From: Octopus vulgaris
Lineage: Eukaryota
Assembly (NCBI GenBank): GCA_951406725.2
Contig: OX597827.1
Coordinates: 6,758,001-6,822,000 of the forward strand
Direction: 5' to 3'
Length of the DNA: 64,000 nucleotides
A model generated the notes under the pieces. The model was not told the origin of the DNA, made no database searches, and saw nothing but the letters and a program-made list of their open reading frames with translations. The position numbers and the translations under genes were made by a program. This document shows positions 55,905-64,000 of this stretch, piece after piece (positions within the stretch are counted from its first letter, which is position 1; every line of letters begins with the position of its first letter).

Positions 55905-56253
55905 AGCGATTATATTGACCCCACCCCAGTACTTTACTAATACTTTATTTTATTACTCCAAAAGGATGAAAAGTAAAGTTGATGGAATTTGATCTCAGTC
56001 TGTAAAGAATTTGGAAAAAATACTCCTAAGTATTGTGTCTCATGCACCAATGCTTTTGCCAGTTTTCTGCTTTTGCTACTTATATAACGATAAATGATGA
56101 ACTTTGCAAACCAGATTTTCATTCACAAGTCTCCATTCTTTCTAAGTTAACATGCATGTGGTTTCTTTTACCCAATGGTGCAACAATCACTACACATGGA
56201 TATAATTCAACACATTTATCAACAGACAAGTGAAACTGTACAATATCATTTAA

Positions 56254-56473
56254 CCCTTTCGTTACTGTATTTATTTTGAGATGCTCTCCGTTTCTCTCAA
56301 TTAGTTTAAATATAACAAAGAATTTAGTAAAATAATTTAGTTATCATTAAGCTAGTGTTAGAAACATAAATTGTGACTAAGGTTTGGTGGAAGATTTTAA
56401 TTTGGAACTTATGAAAACAAGACATTTTTACTCAGAGCCAGAGGCAGTTTCAACCAGGTTGGTAACGAAAAGG
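56254..56473 (+). mobile_element. piggyBac-type MITE
   Basis: TTAA|CCCTTTCGTTAC...GTAACGAAAAGG|TTAA. Confidence 0.9.
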
Positions 56474-56911
56474 TTAACCTGAAATAAACAGTAGCCAAAT
56501 CGTCATCATATTACAGCCTATTGTCTTAAAAATAAGGGGCACATTAGATAAAGATGCTCTAGAATGGGTATGGATGAAATACCTTTGATCAAATCTGTTC
56601 GATCAAGGCTGCAAAAACAACTTCACGTAAACAGTAAAGGTATAAAGCAGAGTGGAAGTTGGTATGACATTCCTGAAATTCTCTGTATAGAAAGTGAAAG
56701 GAAACTGAACATAAATGTTTGAGATTATACCTAAACTTAACAAAAAAACTCATGGTTGTTTAAGAAGACTTTCAAAAAAGAACCTCAGACACACAAAAAT
56801 AGGCATGTGTTCATATATACATGTATGTATATGTATATGAATATGTGTGTGTATGTGTGTGTATAAAACATATATATATGTACATGCATACATACATACA
56901 TACATATTACA

Positions 56912-56955
<44 letters not shown>

Positions 56956-57157
56956 TATATATACATAAAAGTTCTTGAAAAGTACCCTTGATGCAGTCAC
57001 AATATTTAAAAAAATGATTTTCTCAAAAGCCATTAAGTATTTAAAGACACTCTTAGAAAAACAGAATGGCATAAACCTTTTGAAATGAGTTTTTTGTATT
57101 GTACATTAGTGCGTTCGTTGCTCAATTTTCCAAACACATGTAATACGGAGCAAACCC

Positions 57158-57204
<47 letters not shown>

Positions 57205-57248
57205 CTATATATATAATATTGTGCCTATATATATGATATGTATACATA

Positions 57249-57660
57249 GGTGCAGGTGTGGATGTGTGGTAAGTAGCTTGCTTACCAACCACATGGTTCT
57301 GGGTTCAGTCTCACTGTGTGGCACCTTGGGCAAGTGTCTTCTGCTATAGCCTCGAGCTGACCAAAGCCTCGTAAGGGGATTTGGTAGATTGAAACTGAAA
57401 GAAGCCCATCATATACATGTGTGTGTGTGTGTGTGTTTGTGTGTGTTTGTGTGTCTATGTTTGTCCCCACCACCATTGCTTGTCAGCCGATGTTGGTGTG
57501 TCTACATCCCCGGAACTTAGTGGTTTGCCAAAAGAGACCAATAGAATAAGTACTAGGCTTACGAAGAATAAGTTCTAGGGGCGATTTGTTCGACTAAAGG
57601 TGATGCTCCAGCATGGCCACAGTCAGATGACTGAAACAAATAAAAGAGTAAAAAAGAGTA
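57249..57660 (+). mobile_element. SINE family A
   Basis: Family match. Confidence 0.88.
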
Positions 57661-57742
57661 TCCATATATAGATATATTGAAAATGCAATGAATAATAAAA
57701 GAATAAAAGAGACAACACAGGAGGAATAAGGTTTAACAAATA

Positions 57743-57786
57743 CTTTATTAGCATAACATTTCGGACATTAGGCCTTCATCAGAAAG
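57743..57786 (-). ncRNA. Hammerhead core followed by AATAAA (Penelope-like 3' end), stem I decayed
   Basis: CTGATGA a GGCC taat GTCC GAAA TG TT atgct AATAAA; long pyrimidine-rich region upstream on minus strand (to ~58380). Confidence 0.55.
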
Positions 57787-58402
57787 AAGAGAAAATCATA
57801 GAGGGCATAAAAAAAAGGAAATGCCTCTGAGAAAAAAAAATTTTTAAACTGATGAGTAATTAGAAGCCGAGTAGGAATGCAGTTTAATGAGGATGAATTA
57901 AGAGGAGGGAGAAATGGATGTGTATGGGAAACTGTGGGAGTATATCAATGTTTAGGGCGTAGAGGTGTAGGTGATTTTTTTTAAGTTTCTGTATGTGTGT
58001 AGAATTATGCAAGTGTAGAAGTATAGTGGTATTGGTTAGTAAGGTTCAGAAATGTTAATGTATGTATGTAGTGCGTTTAACCATTGTGTATGAGGAAAGT
58101 TTGGATATTTGGAGGTGGGAACAAATGAGGGGGGTGTGATAACAGAAGAGGACAAGAGGAAAGTGGAGGGTGTGATAGATGTTTGTGCATGGAAATGGGT
58201 GTGAGATGCCGTTTCATGGAAGGAAAATATGAAGAAAAGAGATGAAAGTGAGAGAAAAAAGGTGTGAGTTCAGGGAAAGAAAAGAAGGCAGAGATAAATT
58301 AATTACGATACAACAACAATGGAAGACAAAAGAGGAAAAAGAGAGATGGATAGAAAGTGAGAGAAAAATTACAAGTAATTTAGATATACATAGACACACA
58401 TA

Positions 58403-58443
<41 letters not shown>

Positions 58444-58464
58444 CACACACACATGCATAAATAC

Positions 58465-58599
<135 letters not shown>

Positions 58600-59139
58600 A
58601 CTATCTATATACATATATACAAGTCATATACCTATATATATAAACAAAATTGGATGAAAATGCATAATAAATTTAAAATGTTGTTATCTTTTCTTAAAAA
58701 AAACTTTTTTTTTTCAAAAAAGATTGTAACAATTGTTTTAACTTTACTGAACATTTTCATCCATTTTTTTTTTGTTTTGTTTATATACTACAATTTGCAT
58801 GGAAATATTTAATTACTTTCAGTATGTGTGTATGTTTGTGTGTGTGTGTGTGTGTGCATGTGTGTTTGTAAGGCGGTGAGCTGCCAAAACCCTTAGCGCA
58901 CCAGACAAAATGCTGAGTGGCATTTTTGCCTGTCTTTACATTCTGGGTTGAAATTGTGCTGATGTTGACTTTTTACCTCTCATCCTTTCAGGGTCTATGA
59001 AATAAGTACTGGTTCAAGCACTGGAGTTGATGTCATTGACTCACTCCCCCCCTCCCTTTAAATTTCAGGCCTTGTACCTAAAGCAAAAAAAGGAATGTGC
59101 GTGCATGTGTGTGTGCATGTGCATGTGCTCTCTTTTTTT

Positions 59140-59780
59140 TTTACTCTTTTACTTGTTTCAGTCATTTGACTACGGCCATGCTGGAGCACCGCCTTTAATC
59201 GAGCAACTTGACCCTGGGACTTATTCTTTGTAAGCCCAGTACTTATTCTATCGGACTCTTTTGCCAAACCGCTAAGTGACGGGGACATAAACACACCAGC
59301 ATCGGTTGTCAAGCAATGCTAGGGGGACAAACACAGAAATACAAACACACACACACACACACATATATATATACATATATACGACAGGCTTCTTTCAGTT
59401 TCCATCTACCAATTCCACTCACAAGGCTTTGGTCAGCCCGAGGCTATAGTTGAAGACACTTGCCCAAAGTGCCACGCAGTGGGACTGAACCCGGAACCAT
59501 GTGGTTGGTAAGCAAGCTACTTACCACACAGCCACTCCTGCGCCTGTGCATGTACATTTATTCCTTTTTCCTTTTTCTTTTACTTCTTTCAGTCATTTGA
59601 CTGTGGCCATGCTGGAGCACCACCTTTAGTCAAACAAATCGACCCTAGAACTTATTTTTTGTAAGCCTAGTACTTATTCTATTGGTCTCTTTTGCCAAAC
59701 CACTAAGTTATGGGGATATAAACACACCAATATCCGTTGTCAAGTGATGGTCAGGGGGGAACAAGCACTGACACACAAAA
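59140..59780 (-). mobile_element. SINE family A full copy plus 3' copy
   Basis: 59140-59545 and 59575-59780. Confidence 0.88.
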
Positions 59781-59793
59781 TACATACATATAA

Positions 59794-59839
<46 letters not shown>

Positions 59840-59841
<2 letters not shown>

Positions 59842-60077
59842 GGAGTAAACACATAAATGTGAAACAAGGTGGAAAAAAGAGTACTCAAATACCAGTGGTA
59901 GAGTAATATGCTTTATTTAAAGCAGCAGAAAATTCAGCAAAACCTGTTACTCTGAGTTTCCCGTTGCCGTTCATCGGACAGTTTTTGCTAGAATGGGATG
60001 AAAAAACTGTCCGATGAACGGCAACGGGAAACTCAGAGTAACAGGTTTTGTTGAATTTTCTGCTGCTTTAAATAAAG
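59840..60077. mobile_element. Penelope-like element with two inverted hammerheads (59944-59981 minus, 60007-60044 plus)
   Basis: ~76 bp inverted arms; CTGT CCGATGA ACG gcaa CGG GAAA CTCAGAG TA ACAG; in (TA)n. Confidence 0.78.
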
Positions 60078-60127
<50 letters not shown>

Positions 60128-60666
60128 AGTTAGAGGTTGAGAAACGTCCCCATCATCACCACCACCACCACCATCACCTCCGCTGCGCAACAACAACCAC
60201 CACCACCACCTTCATCATCCTTATTATCATCATAGATATTATCATCAACAGTTTCTGTCCTCCATATTTCCATGATATGATTAAGAATGTTATGGCTGTT
60301 CAGACTTGCAATAAAACTCTCATTTATTTCCACAACTTATTTCAAGCAAGAGTAAAGTGACCTTGAAAACTTCAACTAATTAGAAGGTTAATAAAGAGCA
60401 GTTTCACACAACATTGATGCTATGTATAGCAAGTCAGATATTGACTGCAAATAGCAAATATAATGGATAATTGATTTCATATACTTTATAATTGGACATT
60501 ATCTTGTCTATTTTTAATATAACCTCTTTGCATTTTTAAATATACTATGACAATATCTTGTCTGCATATAAGGATAATTCTTTGTCACCTTTATATGTAT
60601 GTGTATGTGTGTATATATGTGTGTGTATATGTATGTATATATGTATATATATATATATACATACAT

Positions 60667-60725
<59 letters not shown>

Positions 60726-61257
60726 TATATACATGCAATCAGATATATATATATATATGTATATATGTATATATATATACATACTTCCCTTCTTTCCTGA
60801 GCGTCAAATAATACTTTAATTGTTCCACGTCCTCGCGTTGCTGTTTTTTTCTGTGTTTTCTTGTTTGGATTAACTATATATATATATATTTACATATATA
60901 TATACATGCAATCAGATATATAAATATATATATATATATATATATGTGTATGTATGTATGTATGTATATATATATGAAAAGATATATATTTATATACATA
61001 TATATATAAATATACATACATATGTATGCATATGAGTGAGGGTGTGTATGTGTGTATATATGTGTATGTATAGGTATATAGGTACATTCACACATACACA
61101 TATGTATATACAAATACATACATATATACATTGTGTGCATGTGTGTGTTTCTAGATGCTGCTGTGGTTTTGTGGTGGATAAACTTACTTCTCAACTATGT
61201 GGTCTTGATTTTCAGTTCCACTGCAAGGCACCTTACACAAATGGGCCAACAAATGCC

Positions 61258-61525
61258 TTCATCATCATCATCATCATCATCGTTTAACATCCATTTTCCG
61301 CACTAGCACGGGCTGGACGGTTCAACCGGGGTCTGGGAAGCCAGGGGCTGCACCAGGCTCCAGTCTGATCTGGCAGAGTTTCTACAGCTGGATGCCTTTC
61401 CTAATGCCAACCACTCCGCGATTGTAGTGGGTGCTTTTTACGTGCCACCTGCACAAGTGCCAGGGGGGTCTGGCATCGGCCACGATCGGTTGGAGCCTTT
61501 AAATGTGCCACCGGCACGGAAGCCT
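61258..61525 (-). mobile_element. Repeat family C copy with two tandem units
   Basis: Family match. Confidence 0.85.
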
Positions 61526-62289
61526 TGTGAGTGAATTTGTTAGGTAGAAACTGAAAGAAGCCCTGTTATGTGTGTCTGTGTATAGAGAAAGAGTGAGAGA
61601 GAGAGAAAGAGAGAGAGAGAGAGAAATGGATAGATGGATATGTGTGTATACAAACCCTTTTCTAGGTAACATGTGATGGTTATAAAGGGCATCACCATCA
61701 TTACAAGTGATGTTGTTCATATCCGCTTTTCTAAGAGAAACATGTCTGTCCAGAAGAAATATTGCCTTGCTTGGAAACGGGTGCATGTTGGTAATAGGTG
61801 AAGAACCCAGATGTAAAAAAGCTGTTTCAGGATATTCTGTTTCACCCATGCAATCCATGGAAAAGTGGATGCTAAGGTGGTGATGATGATGATGATGATA
61901 CACAAATACATACACACATACGTACCAGATGTGCACACTCATGCATTCATGCAGAAGATATTGCCACACATACCCACATTGGAATCTGATGTCACTTAAG
62001 AGTCTCACAAATATTAACTAGTCATTGAGGTGCCTCTAACATCATGTCCAACCATGCAGTCTGTGAAATGTAGAATTGGCACTTCTACTTGGTGATTTTG
62101 TTGCCACCGATGTTTTTCAATACCAATGTCAACAACAATCGTGTGACCTGCCTTGACTAATAGCAGCCCAATCTCCAGTAGCCATCTTGAACTTCCTCCA
62201 TCTCTTCATTCAGTCACCTAAACTTGAGGAGCTAGGTTCGTATAACAAACCTACAAAACTTTAAATTGTATGGAGCTGAATCTGACAGT

Positions 62290-62680
62290 TACTCTTTTAC
62301 TCTTTTACTTGTTTCAGTCATTTGACTGTGGCCATGCTGGAGCATCGCCTTTAGTCAAGCAAATCGGCCCCAGGACTTATTCTTTGTAAGCTTAGTTATT
62401 CAATTGGTCTCTTTTGCCGAACCACTAAGTAACGGGGACATAAACACACCAGCATCGGTTATCAAGTGATGTTGAGGGGACAAACACAGACACACAAACA
62501 CACACATACACACACACATATATATATATATACATATATACGACCAAATCCACTCACAAGGCTTTGGTCGGCCCGAAGCTATAGTAGAAGACACTTGCCC
62601 AAGGTGCCACACAGTGGGACTGAACCCAGAACCATGTGGTGGGTAAGCAAGCTACTTACCACACAGCCACTCCTGCGCCT
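62290..62680 (-). mobile_element. SINE family A
   Basis: Family match. Confidence 0.9.
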
Positions 62681-63548
62681 GTTATTCAATACTAATATAT
62701 GTACTCTTGGTAATTGTGTTGTATGCCTGATTGCTTCTTACTTTTGTCTGTTTACTTACTTACACGCATACACAAATACACACACACAAACACACACACA
62801 TACACATACACAGAATCACACACATACACATAATTACATAAACTTATAAATATAGTAGCCATAAATGTAATTTAGTCAGCCGAATTTTTTTTTTTTTTAT
62901 ATTTTTCTTTTAGTAAGATGTAATCAATATATTAGCTGAAGAAACAGACAGCACATCTCACTGTGAAAGTGAAAATATCCACGTAAGTTTTTGGCAACAA
63001 ACAGGAAAATTCTCTTATGAAAACTGTCTATCGAACACATGGTAAATCAAAATCACTGATAAAACAGTATGCAAACAGGACAGAACAGTTCCTCTTCCTA
63101 AATTTAGAGTTTATAAAACTGCACTAAAATAGCCATCATAAACTATCAAAAACGATGATTTATTATTACAAAGTCTCTTTATGGATTTTTAATGAAATTA
63201 TTGGAAAAAGATAGGTTGATGTCTAACCTAGGTGAAGCAAAATGTTTTATCAAATAATGAAATGGTGAAGCTTGAAATAGAACATGTAGCATCTATATTT
63301 TTTCCTTTTTTCTTTTCTTTTTTTGCACTATCAGGCTGCAGAAATAAAATAATAATAAAAAAATAATAATAAATGAATAATTTATCTGACATTGTGTAAA
63401 GAGCAAAATATTTTATCTATTTGTTTTTGAAGAAAAATATTTTTTTTCTGCCCATCATCAATCGTATTCTTTATCTCTTGAAGTTCTAAAACAATATGTA
63501 TGTGTTCACACTTGTGTGTGTTCCTATCTATAATTATATATGCATATG

Positions 63549-63608
<60 letters not shown>

Positions 63609-63669
63609 CACACACAATACACAGAAAGAGAAATATGTATGTATGGATATATATATATATATATGTATG

Positions 63670-64000
63670 TATGAGGTCTGTTCAATAAGTATCCAGACTG
63701 TTGCCATAGTAACAAAGCTAAACCATGCAGAGTAAAGCCACTAGGCAAAGATTGGCCTTGAATTCTGCTGTGCATGGGCACTAAGTTTTAACATCCTAGC
63801 TCACTTCCGTTGTTTACAGCAATGCTTTGAAGGAAGGTGTGTAGCGTGTGGTTGTTGCATTGACAATGACAGAGAAAGTTTTCATGGCAATACCTGCTCA
63901 GTGGCCTATGCAAGGTTGCAGAAAGTGTATGGAGATGAGAACATGACCCACCCACAAGTGTACGAGTGGTTCAAACATTTCCAAGAACATTCTGGGAGAC
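63670..64000 (+). pseudogene. Mariner 5' end with decayed transposase N-terminal HTH (continues past window)
   Basis: TA|TGAGGTCTGTTCAATAAGTATCC TIR; ATG at 63866 (MTEKV), frameshift, then AYARLQKVYGDENMTHPQVYEWFKHFQE. Confidence 0.85.

Overview
This is eukaryotic, AT-rich, non-coding DNA dominated by microsatellites ((TA)n, (TACA)n, (CA)n, (GAT)n, (AGT)n, (ACC)n) and interspersed repeats. The repeat landscape looks cephalopod (Octopus-like); that assignment is pattern-based inference, not a database result. I can support no host-gene exon, and nearly all ORFs in the track are microsatellite or SINE artefacts. Recognisable elements are: two abundant tRNA-derived SINE families plus rarer ones; a repeat family sharing its 3' tail with a decayed RTE-clade LINE; a nested CR1-clade LINE fragment; Tc1/mariner and pogo remnants; piggyBac-type TTAA MITEs; hAT MITEs; and a tandem Helentron/DINE-like element. 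The most notable signal is a dense set of about 15 minimal type-I hammerhead ribozyme motifs, from intact to decayed. They come from many unrelated short non-coding families, often lie in or beside (TA)n tracts, and are often arranged as inverted or tandem-plus-inverted repeats, the architecture of Penelope-like element pLTRs and retrozymes. Several have non-canonical cores, and one has a microsatellite inside loop II.
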